Shown piece by piece: positions 28,968 through 39,908 of a DNA stretch of 64,000 bases. The notes below the pieces were generated by a model. That model worked only from the letters and a program-made list of their open reading frames with translations, searched no databases and was not told where the DNA came from. The stretch is from Trueperaceae bacterium (GTDB lineage Bacteria; Deinococcota; Deinococci; Deinococcales; Trueperaceae), in NCBI GenBank assembly GCA_965214405.1, contig OZ243956.1, positions 64,001 through 128,000 of the forward strand. The letters run 5' to 3'. Positions within the stretch are counted from its first letter, which is position 1. The number at the start of each line of letters is the position of its first letter. Made by a program: the position numbers and the translations under genes.

Positions 28968-29001
28968 GTGAGGCGCATCCCGCGCCTCACTTCTTTATTT
29001 T
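28968..29001 (+). terminator. Rho-independent terminator
   Basis: GTGAGGCGC-ATCCC-GCGCCTCAC followed by TTCTTTATTTT. Confidence 0.85.
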
Positions 29002-29005
29002 GGCG

Positions 29006-29038
29006 ACGTCACTACATGACGCACCCCCCTCTTACACT
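29006..29038 (+). promoter_or_regulatory. Putative WYL-dependent promoter of the Cascade operon
   Basis: ACGTCA-CTACA-TGACGC, N10, TACACT; no canonical -35; SD AAAGGAGG before the cas8e ATG. Confidence 0.65.
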
Positions 29039-29058
29039 GCTTTTGAAAGGAGGCCGAG

Positions 29059-30555
29059 ATGTTTAACCTCATCCATGAACCTTGGCTGCGGGTCGAAAAC
29101 CCAGACGGCTCGCTAGGCCAGGACTCGCTAAAGGGGGTTTTATTAAACGCCCACCGCTACGCGCGGCTGGCCCACCCCTCCCCCGCCGTGCTCCCGGCGC
29201 TGCACCGCTTTCTACTGGCGGTGCTGTACCGGGTACTGGACGAACCACGCAGTACCGATGAAGGGGTTGATTTGTTCAAACAGGGTCGGTTTCCGGCGGA
29301 GCGCGTCGGTGCTTATCTCGAGCACTGGCAAGACCGCTTCGACCTGTTCCACCCTGAAAGGCCCTTTTACCAGGTGCCGGACTCGGAAGATAAGGTGTCA
29401 GGGGTCGCCCGGCTCGCAGCCGAACTCGCCAGCGGCACGAACAAACTCCTCTTCGACCACACCGCGGAGGCCGACCCGCCGGAGTTGACGCACGCCGAAA
29501 TCGCGCAACTGCTCGTGACCCGGCAGATGACCGCCATCCCCGAAGGCGCGGGCTACAGCCCCAGCCCGGCGGGCGGCGCGGCGTTCGTGCTGCCGCAGGG
29601 TCGCAACCTGTTCGAGACGCTGGTGCTCAACCTCGTTCCTTATTCTGAGGAGGAGAACGAGGACGACGCGCCCATTTGGGAAGGGGCTACGCCGAAGAGC
29701 GCGGCGGTAAAAGCCGCCAAGCCGCGCGGCTCGAGAGGGCTTACCGAACGTTACACCTGGCTAACGCGCATCGTTAAGTTGCAAGAACCCGAGGGTGACG
29801 CGCCTGTGTCGGCGCTGCATTATGCGGCAGGCATCAAGTTCGATGGCGGCGACAGCCCCGACCCCATGTTGGCTTACCGCAAAGATGAAAAGCGCGGGCT
29901 CCTCCCGGTATCTTTCAACAAGTACAAGGCGTTCTGGCGGGACTTTCAGGCCCTAATACCCAATCCCGACAGCGGAAGCTACTTAGCGCCCCAGACGGTA
30001 AAACACGCTCGCAACATATATGAAGAATTAGAGCGCACCGACCCCCTCACCTTACTGGTTTCCGGCCTGAGCAATGACAAGGCCAAGGTCGTGCTGTGGC
30101 GTACCGAACAGTTCAACGTGCCGCAGGTCCTCCTTCAAAATCCGGGGGCTTACGCCGAGTTGACGCGGCTGCTCGAGTACGCCGACAACGGCGGGCGCAC
30201 CCTCTACGGCGCGACGCAGCGCTTGGCGGAAAAGTTGCTGAGCATTGGCGAACGTAAACCCGACCCCGCCGACGTTCGCAACCTGGCCGCGAGTTTTCCC
30301 GCCAGTATGCACTACTGGAGCAGGCTCGAGACCCGCTTTCCCGAACTGCTGGAGCGCTTTGAGACTCAGACCTTTGATGAGCGGTTCAGTTGGTGGTTAG
30401 GGCAAATCACCCTTGTAACGCGCGAAGCCTGGGAGCTTGCCTTAAAGAGCGCCGGGGAAAACGAGCGCGCCTGGCGGGCCGGGGCCGAGGCGAGCAAGGT
30501 CATCAACACCCACCTCAAACGCCTGCGCGAACAGACAGCCGAGCCAGCCCCATAG
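29059..30555 (+). CDS. cas8e: Type I-E Cascade large subunit Cas8e (CasA/Cse1)
   Basis: FNLIHEPWL, LHRFLLAVL, DRFDLFHPERPFYQ, GRNLFETLVLN, DPM, AFWRDF. Confidence 0.93.
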   Translation: MFNLIHEPWLRVENPDGSLGQDSLKGVLLNAHRYARLAHPSPAVLPALHRFLLAVLYRVLDEPRSTDEGVDLFKQGRFPAERVGAYLEHWQDRFDLFHPERPFYQVPDSEDKVSGVARLAAELASGTNKLLFDHTAEADPPELTHAEIAQLLVTRQMTAIPEGAGYSPSPAGGAAFVLPQGRNLFETLVLNLVPYSEEENEDDAPIWEGATPKSAAVKAAKPRGSRGLTERYTWLTRIVKLQEPEGDAPVSALHYAAGIKFDGGDSPDPMLAYRKDEKRGLLPVSFNKYKAFWRDFQALIPNPDSGSYLAPQTVKHARNIYEELERTDPLTLLVSGLSNDKAKVVLWRTEQFNVPQVLLQNPGAYAELTRLLEYADNGGRTLYGATQRLAEKLLSIGERKPDPADVRNLAASFPASMHYWSRLETRFPELLERFETQTFDERFSWWLGQITLVTREAWELALKSAGENERAWRAGAEASKVINTHLKRLREQTAEPAP

Positions 30556-30563
30556 GAGGCATC

Positions 30564-31154
30564 ATGACAGAAACCGTGACAAACAGCACGACAAACACGC
30601 CCTCGAGCAAACAAGCAGATGTAGCCGAACGCTTCATCAGTCACCTGGACAAACTCAATCCAGCCAAAACGCCGGGAGCCAAGCGGCAACACTTAGCCGA
30701 GCTTAGAAAAAGTCTCAGCTTCGACTTAGGCACGCACGTTCCGGCCTTTCCTTATGTTGAGCCATTTGTAGCAACGCTGGACGAGAGGACAGGCTACTGG
30801 CGACGCGCTATGTTCTACCTCGTCGCGGGGCTCTACGCCTCTCATCCAGAGTCCGCCTCTCAGGGGGGTTTCGGCAAGGCGATGGCGGTTCTTAGTCACA
30901 GACGCGAGAGCGGGAGCCTGGAGAAACGTTTTCTCGCGCTCTTGGCTGCGGAAGAAGCAGGGCAGCTCGTCTACCACTTGCGCCAACTCGTCAGCCTGCT
31001 CAAGGCCGAGGGTGTCGGCCTAAACTACGCAACGCTGCTCCGCGACCTGTTCGGGTGGCAACACCAAGACCGCTATATTCAGCGCCGCTGGGCGGGGCAG
31101 TATTACGGCTTTACCTCCGATGCTCCCGACACCTCCGCCACAAAAGAAACCTAG
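30564..31154 (+). CDS. cse2: Type I-E small subunit Cas11 (CasB/Cse2)
   Basis: [52 protein letters not shown]. Confidence 0.92.
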   Translation: MTETVTNSTTNTPSSKQADVAERFISHLDKLNPAKTPGAKRQHLAELRKSLSFDLGTHVPAFPYVEPFVATLDERTGYWRRAMFYLVAGLYASHPESASQGGFGKAMAVLSHRRESGSLEKRFLALLAAEEAGQLVYHLRQLVSLLKAEGVGLNYATLLRDLFGWQHQDRYIQRRWAGQYYGFTSDAPDTSATKET

Positions 31155-31165
31155 AAAGGATTCCT

Positions 31166-32323
31166 ATGAAAGCACTTTTAGAAATTCACGCCCTACAAAA
31201 CTTCGCCCCCAGCAACTTGAACCGCGACGACACCGGCAGCCCCAAAGATTGCGAGTTCGGCGGCTACCGCCGCGCCCGCATCAGTTCGCAAAGCCTAAAG
31301 CGGGCCATGCGGACCTACGTTCGCGCCGAGAAGCTTCTTGAGGATGACGCGTTGGCTGTGCGTACCAAGCGCGTAACCGCCGAACTGGTTGGGCAACTTA
31401 AAAAGAAGGGTCGGGACGAGGCCGAAGCTGGCAAGGTGGTCGAACTCGCGTTGGCGGGCCTGTCGCTCAGCGTAGACGAGGGCAAGACGCAGTACCTTCT
31501 CTACCTTGGCAAGAGCGAAATTCGGGACATGGCGAACAGCATTGACGCGTATTGGGACGAACTACTCGAAGCTGTCCCCGCAGAGGATGACAAGAAAAAA
31601 TCAAAAAAGGACGCAAAGGGCAACGTTCCAAAAGACCTCGTTGCCGCTTTGGAAAAAAGCTTAGACGGCGGCAAAGCCGTGGACTTAGCCCTCTTCGGGC
31701 GGATGCTCGCCGACCTGCCCGAGAAAAATCGGGACGCCGCCTGTCAGGTGGCCCACGCCATCAGCACCAACGCGGTGCAACGCGAGTTCGACTTCTATAC
31801 CGCCGTCGACGACCTCAAGCCGGAGGACAACGCGGGCGCGGACATGCTCGGCACGGTTGAATTTAACAGCGCCTGCTATTACCGCTACATTGCGCTCGAC
31901 TTAGAGAAGCTAGCCGCCAACTTGCAGGGCGACGGTGAGCTTTTAGAAAAAGGTCTTAGGGCTTTTCTCGAGGCGAGCTACTTCGCCGCGCCCTCGGGCA
32001 AACAGAACAGCTTTGCGGCCCACAACCCGCCGGGTTTTTTTGCCGTGAGCGTGCGCGCTAATGCCGCGCCGCGCAACCTCGCCAACGCCTTTGAGAAGCC
32101 GGTGCACCCGGACCGGGAGCGGTCCCTTACCGAGGCCTCGGTAGCGCGTTTAGACGAGCAGTGGGCTGCTTTTGACAAGGCGCTCGGCACGAGCGACGCA
32201 AACGAGATTGCGGTGCTCAAGCTTACGGGAAACGTGGCGCACTTGGCGACGAACGTACGTGAGAGCCTAAAGGACGTCGTCACCTCGAGCGTCGCGGCAG
32301 CCCAACGTGCTGTGGGTGCGTAA
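31166..32323 (+). CDS. cas7: Type I-E backbone Cas7 (CasC/Cse4)
   Basis: [59 protein letters not shown]. Confidence 0.95.
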   Translation: MKALLEIHALQNFAPSNLNRDDTGSPKDCEFGGYRRARISSQSLKRAMRTYVRAEKLLEDDALAVRTKRVTAELVGQLKKKGRDEAEAGKVVELALAGLSLSVDEGKTQYLLYLGKSEIRDMANSIDAYWDELLEAVPAEDDKKKSKKDAKGNVPKDLVAALEKSLDGGKAVDLALFGRMLADLPEKNRDAACQVAHAISTNAVQREFDFYTAVDDLKPEDNAGADMLGTVEFNSACYYRYIALDLEKLAANLQGDGELLEKGLRAFLEASYFAAPSGKQNSFAAHNPPGFFAVSVRANAAPRNLANAFEKPVHPDRERSLTEASVARLDEQWAAFDKALGTSDANEIAVLKLTGNVAHLATNVRESLKDVVTSSVAAAQRAVGA

Positions 32324-32988
32324 TGCCGACGCTTTTATTACGTCTCGCCGGACCCATGCAAGCCTGGGGCACGAGCAGCCGGTTCGAGCAGCGGGACACG
32401 CACCTAGAGCCCAGTAAAAGCGGGGTGGTAGGGCTCTTGGCCGCCGCTTTGGGGCGCGACCGCAGCGAGGACGTGAGCGACTTGGCGGCCCTCAAAATGG
32501 GTGTGCGGGTGGACAAAGAAGGCGTCTTAAAACGCGATTACCACACCGCGCAAGAGATTGTTCAGGCGGACGGTAAGCTGAACAGCAACCGGAACATGCG
32601 CAACTCGGTGAGCGAGCGCTTTTATTTGGCGGACGCGGTTTTTTTGGTCGGGCTCGAGCATCCTGATAAAGCCTTTCTGACCGCTACCCACCAAGCCCTC
32701 AAAACCCCCCGCTGGCCGCTCTTCTTGGGTCGTAAGTCTTTCGTGCCCAGCCCCGGCGTCTATCTGCCTGGTGGACTGAGGGACGAACACCTCGAGACGG
32801 CACTCACGACCTTTCCACCCCTTCATCCCGCAGCGTCGGAGCGCGCGACCCTACGCTTCGCCACTGAGGACTCGCAGGGCGCGCAACTCCGCGCCGACCA
32901 GCCGCTCGGCTCGTTTTCAGCGCGCAGTTTTGGACAGCGCCGCGTGCGCGTTGAAAGCCGCTCCAACCCCTTCAAGGACGCCACATGA
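32323..32988 (+). CDS. cas5: Type I-E Cas5 (CasD)
   Basis: LLLRLAGPMQAWG, PSKSGVVGLLAAALG, DYHT, YLADA, LFLGRKS. Confidence 0.95.
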   Translation: MPTLLLRLAGPMQAWGTSSRFEQRDTHLEPSKSGVVGLLAAALGRDRSEDVSDLAALKMGVRVDKEGVLKRDYHTAQEIVQADGKLNSNRNMRNSVSERFYLADAVFLVGLEHPDKAFLTATHQALKTPRWPLFLGRKSFVPSPGVYLPGGLRDEHLETALTTFPPLHPAASERATLRFATEDSQGAQLRADQPLGSFSARSFGQRRVRVESRSNPFKDAT

Positions 32989-33593
32989 GCCTCCACCTCT
33001 CCAAACTCACGCCGAACCTGCGCAGCGCCAAAGCCCGCCGCGACCTGCAAAACCCTTACGACCTGCACCGCACCCTGAGCCGGGGCGTGGCGCGGGAGGA
33101 TGAGCGGCTGTTGTGGCGGGTTGACGGAACGAACCAGCCCAGCATTTTGGTACAAACCCTTCACCAACCCGACTGGTCTTACCTCGTCGAGGATGTGCCC
33201 CCCGGTTACCTGAAGGAATCTCCGGCGTCCAAATCCGTAGACCTCGCTTTTGTAAAAGGTCAGACCCTGACGTTTCGCTTGAGGGCAAATCCTACGGTAA
33301 AACGGACGCTCTCGGGCAAGAAAAAGCGTCTGGCTCTTTACGAGGTGGAGGAGCAGCTTGGCTGGCTCCGGCGTAAGGCGGCGGGGGGCGGCTTTAACGT
33401 CTTGTCCGCCACCTCACTGGGTCAGGAAACGCTCGAGGCTAAGAGAAACGCTCAAACCGTGACGCTTCACGCCGTCACCTTTGAAGGGCGGTTGATTGTG
33501 GTGGACCCGCCAACGTTTTTGGCAACGCTCAAAACGGGCCTCGGCTCCGCCAAGGGCCTCGGCATGGGCTTACTTTCCATTGCGAGGGCCTGA
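32985..33593 (+). CDS. cas6e: Type I-E Cas6e (CasE/Cse3) crRNA processing nuclease
   Basis: YDLHRTL, FRLRANPT, Gly-rich loop GLGSAKGLGMGLL. Confidence 0.93.
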   Translation: MSLHLSKLTPNLRSAKARRDLQNPYDLHRTLSRGVAREDERLLWRVDGTNQPSILVQTLHQPDWSYLVEDVPPGYLKESPASKSVDLAFVKGQTLTFRLRANPTVKRTLSGKKKRLALYEVEEQLGWLRRKAAGGGFNVLSATSLGQETLEAKRNAQTVTLHAVTFEGRLIVVDPPTFLATLKTGLGSAKGLGMGLLSIARA

Positions 33594-33594
33594 C

Positions 33595-34578
33595 ATGGCA
33601 AGTCTACGCAACCTCCGCGAACTCCCCAAATTCCGCGACGGCCTTTCCTACCTCTACATCGAGCGCGGGCGCGTCGAACAGGACGCCAAGGCCATCGCCT
33701 GGTACGGCGAAGAAGGCAAGGTGAGCGTGCCCGCCGCCGCTTTGGGCGTGCTCATGCTCGGCCCCGGCACAAGCATCACCCACGAGGCGGTCAAGGCTCT
33801 GGCCGACAACGGCTGCTTAATCAACTGGGTGGGCGAGGCGGGCGTGCGCTTTTACGCGGGCGGCGCGGGCGAAACGAGGAGCAGCGCCAACCTCATGCGC
33901 CAAGCGGCGTGGTGGGCGGACCCCGGTAAACACCTTCAGGTGGTGCGGCGCATGTACACCATGCGCTTCGATGAGCGCTTGTCGCCCACGCTGACCCTCG
34001 AGCAAATCCGCGGCAAAGAGGGCGTGCGGGTGCGCACCGTCTACGCCCAGGCAAGCCGGGAGTGGGGTGTGCCCTGGCGCGGGCGCTCCTACCGCCGCGG
34101 GCGCTGGGGCGACGCCGACCCCGTCAACCGCGCGCTCTCCGCCGGGGCGGCTTGCCTTTACGGCGTCTGCCACACCGCCATCCTCTCGGCGGGCTACTCC
34201 CCCGCGCTCGGCTTCGTCCACACCGGCAAGCAGCTCTCGTTCGTTTACGATATTGCCGACCTCTACAAAACCGAGGTGCTCGTCCCCGCCGCCTTTAGGC
34301 TCGTGGCCGAATCCGAAGAAGGAATTGACAGCCGCGTCAGACATCATCTTAGAGACACAATGCGAGAGTCGAGGCTGCTCGAGCGCGTGGTCGACGACCT
34401 CCACAGCCTCTTCAGCAACGACGCCGGGAAGGGCGAACGCTTCGCCGCGGACGGCGCGGCGCCCGGTGAACTGTGGGACCCGGAGGGCAACGTGGCCGGG
34501 GGGGTGAGTTATGGTCGTGATGACGCTGGAGAAGGTGCCGACGAGTCTGCGTGGGGAGCTGAGCCGCTGGATGATTGA
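33595..34578 (+). CDS. cas1: Type I-E Cas1
   Basis: LMLGPGTSITHEA, WVGEAGVRFY, IRGKEG, SPALGFVH, SFVYDIADLYK. Confidence 0.95.
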   Translation: MASLRNLRELPKFRDGLSYLYIERGRVEQDAKAIAWYGEEGKVSVPAAALGVLMLGPGTSITHEAVKALADNGCLINWVGEAGVRFYAGGAGETRSSANLMRQAAWWADPGKHLQVVRRMYTMRFDERLSPTLTLEQIRGKEGVRVRTVYAQASREWGVPWRGRSYRRGRWGDADPVNRALSAGAACLYGVCHTAILSAGYSPALGFVHTGKQLSFVYDIADLYKTEVLVPAAFRLVAESEEGIDSRVRHHLRDTMRESRLLERVVDDLHSLFSNDAGKGERFAADGAAPGELWDPEGNVAGGVSYGRDDAGEGADESAWGAEPLDD

Positions 34579-34864
34579 GGTTTCTACGGGCGTGTTCGTC
34601 GGCAAACTGAGCGCCCTGGTGCGCGACCTGCTGTGGGAAAAGGTGAGCGAGAACAAACGCGCGGGGCGCTGCTGTCAGGTCTACCGCACCAACAATGAAC
34701 AGGGCTTCGCTATTCGGATGGTGGGCGATTCGGAAAGGAGCGTGATCGACTTAGACGGTGTACAATTGGTCGCGGTGAAAAACGCGACCTGGGAACGGAT
34801 GTTTGTCGAGTCTGCGGAGGACCATGACAACCCAACAGGAGACATAGAGGCCCCTGAAGCTTAG
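34511..34864 (+). CDS. cas2: Type I-E Cas2
   Basis: MVVMTLEKVPTSLRGELSRWMIEVSTGVFVG, NNEQGF, DLDGVQL. Confidence 0.93.
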   Translation: MVVMTLEKVPTSLRGELSRWMIEVSTGVFVGKLSALVRDLLWEKVSENKRAGRCCQVYRTNNEQGFAIRMVGDSERSVIDLDGVQLVAVKNATWERMFVESAEDHDNPTGDIEAPEA

Positions 34865-34884
34865 TTTTTGCGTCTGGGTCTAGT

Positions 34885-37800
34885 CTATTCCCCACGCAGG
34901 TGGGGATGAACCGGGCAGGTTCTGGGTAGCCTCCACCCAGCCCGCCTATTCCCCACGCAGGTGGGGATGAACCGGAGAAGCGCCCCCTTCCACCCGCCTC
35001 TTGAGCCTATTCCCCACGCAGGTGGGGATGAACCGTGCGTGCGCAGCGCCTCGATCTGGGGACGCTCCTATTCCCCACGCAGGTGGGGATGAACCGCGAC
35101 CCCGGCGAGCGCTCGAGCGCGCACATCACTATTCCCCACGCAGGTGGGGATGAACCGACGCCCGGATTTTCTCCCCTCTCCAGCGAGCCCTATTCCCCAC
35201 GCAGGTGGGGATGAACCGGAGCCTCTACACACGTGCATCGCCCGCTGCACTATTCCCCACGCAGGTGGGGATGAACCAGCGCCCGTCTTCACTTTTTTGC
35301 TTGAGGTCCCCTATTCCCCACGCAGGTGGGGATGAACCGGCGGTGCTTTTCGAGGGCTCGGACGTGGAGTGCTATTCCCCACGCAGGTGGGGATGAACCG
35401 TCCACGTCGCAGGCGCTGAGGGGCTGGCCGTCCTATTCCCCACGCAGGTGGGGATGAACCGGTGCCGGGGGAGACCTTGACGCGCTTGTCTCCCTATTCC
35501 CCACGCAGGTGGGGATGAACCGGGAGCGCTGGCACATCCCGCAAGCGGGCGTGGCTATTCCCCACGCAGGTGGGGATGAACCGCCATCAGCAAGTTCGGC
35601 GCGGGGGTGGGGGACCTATTCCCCACGCAGGTGGGGATGAACCGGTGTCGCGCTGCAAGCGGTAGCGTACGGTCACTATTCCCCACGCAGGTGGGGATGA
35701 ACCGTCATAAACAAACAAGTCATAGTTGACGATCAACTATTCCCCACGCAGGTGGGGATGAACCGTTCCTGCCCGACGAGTGGTTCCCTTACGCGGACTA
35801 TTCCCCACGCAGGTGGGGATGAACCGCCTCGAGCAGCCCCAACCACCAGAACTCCCCCTATTCCCCACGCAGGTGGGGATGAACCGCCGGGCGAGGCGGT
35901 CACGCTTAAATCAGGAGACTATTCCCCACGCAGGTGGGGATGAACCGGTAAACGCACCCAAATTGATGCCGACGACGCCCTATTCCCCACGCAGGTGGGG
36001 ATGAACCGTCGGCCTTGAAAAAGTCGATGACGCCCCCGCCTATTCCCCACGCAGGTGGGGATGAACCCACCTCGGCCAGTGCGTTTTGACTAGCTGAGGC
36101 CTATTCCCCACGCAGGTGGGGATGAACCGCCAACCGCTTCACCATCCACGTGATGGCCGCGCTATTCCCCACGCAGGTGGGGATGAACCGCCGTCCGCGT
36201 AGTCCCAGCTCTCCACCACCCCCTATTCCCCACGCAGGTGGGGATGAACCGGGCACCCGCTTTTCCTCCCCCGCGAAGACCGCCTATTCCCCACGCAGGT
36301 GGGGATGAACCGGGGTCGCCCGAACTGGACGACCCCTCCGCGATCTATTCCCCACGCAGGTGGGGATGAACCGGGGCAACCATGAAAAAGCGCGTCATCG
36401 GCGCGCTATTCCCCACGCAGGTGGGGATGAACCGGGTTTGGCTGAACTTTCTGGGGTGCGTGAGGACTATTCCCCACGCAGGTGGGGATGAACCGCAAGC
36501 CATCCTTATGCGGAATGTGAACAACCCCTATTCCCCACGCAGGTGGGGATGAACCGTCCACACTCACATGTACATCCCCCTGCCAACCCTATTCCCCACG
36601 CAGGTGGGGATGAACCGTGAGGGCGCGGCTTTCCAGCACGCCCGCCATACTATTCCCCACGCAGGTGGGGATGAACCGCCGCCACTTCCGCCTCTTGCCT
36701 CTTGAGGGCTCTATTCCCCACGCAGGTGGGGATGAACCGCGTCACGCCGCCCTCTCTCGTCACCAAGGTCACTATTCCCCACGCAGGTGGGGATGAACCG
36801 AACTTTGTCTCGCAAAGAACACAGTGATAACCTATTCCCCACGCAGGTGGGGATGAACCGCATGGACAACATTGACACGCAAGTACAGACTTCTATTCCC
36901 CACGCAGGTGGGGATGAACCGGCCATGCTAGACAAGGGTGCAACCGAGATACCTATTCCCCACGCAGGTGGGGATGAACCGAGCCGCCGCCGCCCGCGAA
37001 AGTGCTAATGACCCTATTCCCCACGCAGGTGGGGATGAACCGTCTCTTTAAGGCCTAGCGCGAAGAGGTCCGGCCTATTCCCCACGCAGGTGGGGATGAA
37101 CCGTAACCGTCGCTTGCTTGATAGTACGGGATACCCTATTCCCCACGCAGGTGGGGATGAACCGGTCACGGCGCTTTCGTATGAGTCTATTAACGCCTAT
37201 TCCCCACGCAGGTGGGGATGAACCGGTACTCCTCGACGCCCTAGCCCACGCTGGGGCCTATTCCCCACGCAGGTGGGGATGAACCGGCCCCTCCATCGCC
37301 GCCGCTAAGCGGTTCCCACTATTCCCCACGCAGGTGGGGATGAACCGTATCAGGCGCTCACTGGGTCCATAGAAGAACCTATTCCCCACGCAGGTGGGGA
37401 TGAACCGCTGTCGCACTGACATAAACTTTAGTAGTAGCCTATTCCCCACGCAGGTGGGGATGAACCGTTCAAACAGACTCTCGGTGTTTCTCTGTGACGC
37501 TATTCCCCACGCAGGTGGGGATGAACCGTTTTCGGGCGGGGTAGACAATGGCCATCCCGACTATTCCCCACGCAGGTGGGGATGAACCGGAGCGTTAAAT
37601 ACGACGAAACGGGAGAACCCCCTATTCCCCACGCAGGTGGGGATGAACCGCGATAAGTGAAGTGATAAGTGACCCAAAAAGACTATTCCCCACGCAGGTG
37701 GGGATGAACCGATACTACGCCCGGAAATTGAACGTGACGACCTCTATTCCCCACGCAGGTGGGGATGAACCGTAGAGGCCCTGAAGATTTCCTGTCAGCT

Positions 37801-39908
37801 TGTTCTATTCCCCACGCAGGTGGGGATGAACCGGAGGGCTCTTCGATGAGTGACGCGACGACTGACTATTCCCCACGCAGGTGGGGATGAACCGTGCTAA
37901 CAGTAGGGTGTCGTTCTGAGTCGGAACTATTCCCCACGCAGGTGGGGATGAACCAGGGTGCCGCCCGCGTCCGGCTCGCCGTCCCGCCTATTCCCCACGC
38001 AGGTGGGGATGAACCGCTCCTGGTAGTGCTCCTGGCTCTGCTGGGAGCCTATTCCCCACGCAGGTGGGGATGAACCGACGAGCCCTTGAAAGTTGATCAG
38101 GTTGTCCTCCTATTCCCCACGCAGGTGGGGATGAACCGGATGACGTACCACTCATCCACTTCACGCTTCCTATTCCCCACGCAGGTGGGGATGAACCGGT
38201 TACGAATGAGGCCGAGGTAGCCAGCGTGCTCTATTCCCCACGCAGGTGGGGATGAACCGCCCATGAACCGGGCGACGAGCTGCACGACTGGCTATTCCCC
38301 ACGCAGGTGGGGATGAACCGAACCGAGAAAAGAGCGGAGCCGCGCCTCAACCCTATTCCCCACGCAGGTGGGGATGAACCGGTGGACATTGTCGCCGCTG
38401 AACGGCGTCTGGTCTATTCCCCACGCAGGTGGGGATGAACCTAGCCCTGAGCGGCTTGCACTGCGCCGATGAGCTATTCCCCACGCAGGTGGGGATGAAC
38501 CGGCGCAGGAGATGCTGGCGAAACTTCCGCTCACTATTCCCCACGCAGGTGGGGATGAACCCATTACCAAAAAGCGCGCGTTGCCACCCAACCACTATTC
38601 CCCACGCAGGTGGGGATGAACCGCAGATGGGCGTCTCCGAAGAGCAGTTCGCCAACTATTCCCCACGCAGGTGGGGATGAACCGCCTGACAACACTTACC
38701 CACTGAGTCGGGTTCCTATTCCCCACGCAGGTGGGGATGAACCGTCCCTTAACGTTCAATCAGCAGCTTCACCCGCTATTCCCCACGCAGGTGGGGATGA
38801 ACCGCTTAGGCGTACGCACAATAGTGGCTATCTCTGCTATTCCCCACGCAGGTGGGGATGAACCGATTCTGGGTTCCGAGCTCGAAGACTGGCCTGCCTA
38901 TTCCCCACGCAGGTGGGGATGAACCGCATAAGACGGTGCTTGACGCTGTGAACATCACTATTCCCCACGCAGGTGGGGATGAACCGAGTAAAGCGGCGGC
39001 GTAGCGGGGGCGGTAGGCCTATTCCCCACGCAGGTGGGGATGAACCGCATGACAGGAGGGTGGGAAGACATCGCCCTGCCTATTCCCCACGCAGGTGGGG
39101 ATGAACCGCCTCCAAGGCAACTATGAAGCCATTGACCCCCTATTCCCCACGCAGGTGGGGATGAACCGCACCAATCCACAGGTGTGTTTAGCAAAAAACC
39201 TATTCCCCACGCAGGTGGGGATGAACCGATGGTGGGCGAGGAGTGGTCTCTGTAGATGCTCTATTCCCCACGCAGGTGGGGATGAACCGAGGTCGGCGCT
39301 GTAGGCCCTCGCGTACAGGTCCTATTCCCCACGCAGGTGGGGATGAACCGGTGGCCGCCGAGAGCCCGTCCGCCTCGAGCGCCTATTCCCCACGCAGGTG
39401 GGGATGAACCGCTGAAGTCGATCCCGAGAACTCCGGCAAGCTCCTATTCCCCACGCAGGTGGGGATGAACCGTTCGCCACCGACCAGGCGGGCGGCTCTA
39501 TGGCCTATTCCCCACGCAGGTGGGGATGAACCGTTCACCGTATGAGCCGCTACGATGCTTCCCGCCTATTCCCCACGCAGGTGGGGATGAACCGCGGGAC
39601 TCGGTGAAGATCGCTTCGTGATTCGCTATTCCCCACGCAGGTGGGGATGAACCGTGTGGGTTTTCGCTTTCTAAGAGTGGGTTTCCTATTCCCCACGCAG
39701 GTGGGGATGAACCGGATACCCTCGTCAAAGCGCCCCAGCTCATCCCCCACGCTCGACCTATTCCCCACGCAGGTGGGGATGAACCGGACGCTGTGGGGCT
39801 GTGGGGGATGTGCGAATCCTATTCCCCACGCAGGTGGGGATGAACCGCGTCACCTCGTCGTCGGTCGAAAAGATGAGCGCTATTCCCCACGCAGGTGGGG
39901 ATGAACCG
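34885..39908 (+). CRISPR. Type I-E CRISPR array, 83 repeats / 82 spacers
   Basis: 29-nt repeat CTATTCCCCACGCAGGTGGGGATGAACCG; counted by hand: 63 spacers of 32 nt, 18 of 31 nt, one of 43 nt; orientation from similarity to the I-E 3' handle ATGAACCG. Confidence 0.98.

Noticed and set aside
30390..33594. Longer N-termini for cse2, cas7 and cas1 given in the ORF track
   Set aside because: Conserved N-terminal motifs and SD or coupling support starts at 30564, 31166 and 33595.
34914..39879. Main-array spacers matching this window, or duplicated spacers
   Set aside because: None noticed by eye (spacers 2 and 30 share only a short GCCTCTTGAG); not exhaustive, needs an alignment.
35068..39904. Many short ORFs (MGMNR..., IPHAGGDEP, GSSPPAWGI) inside the array
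   Set aside because: Translations of the CRISPR repeat, not genes.
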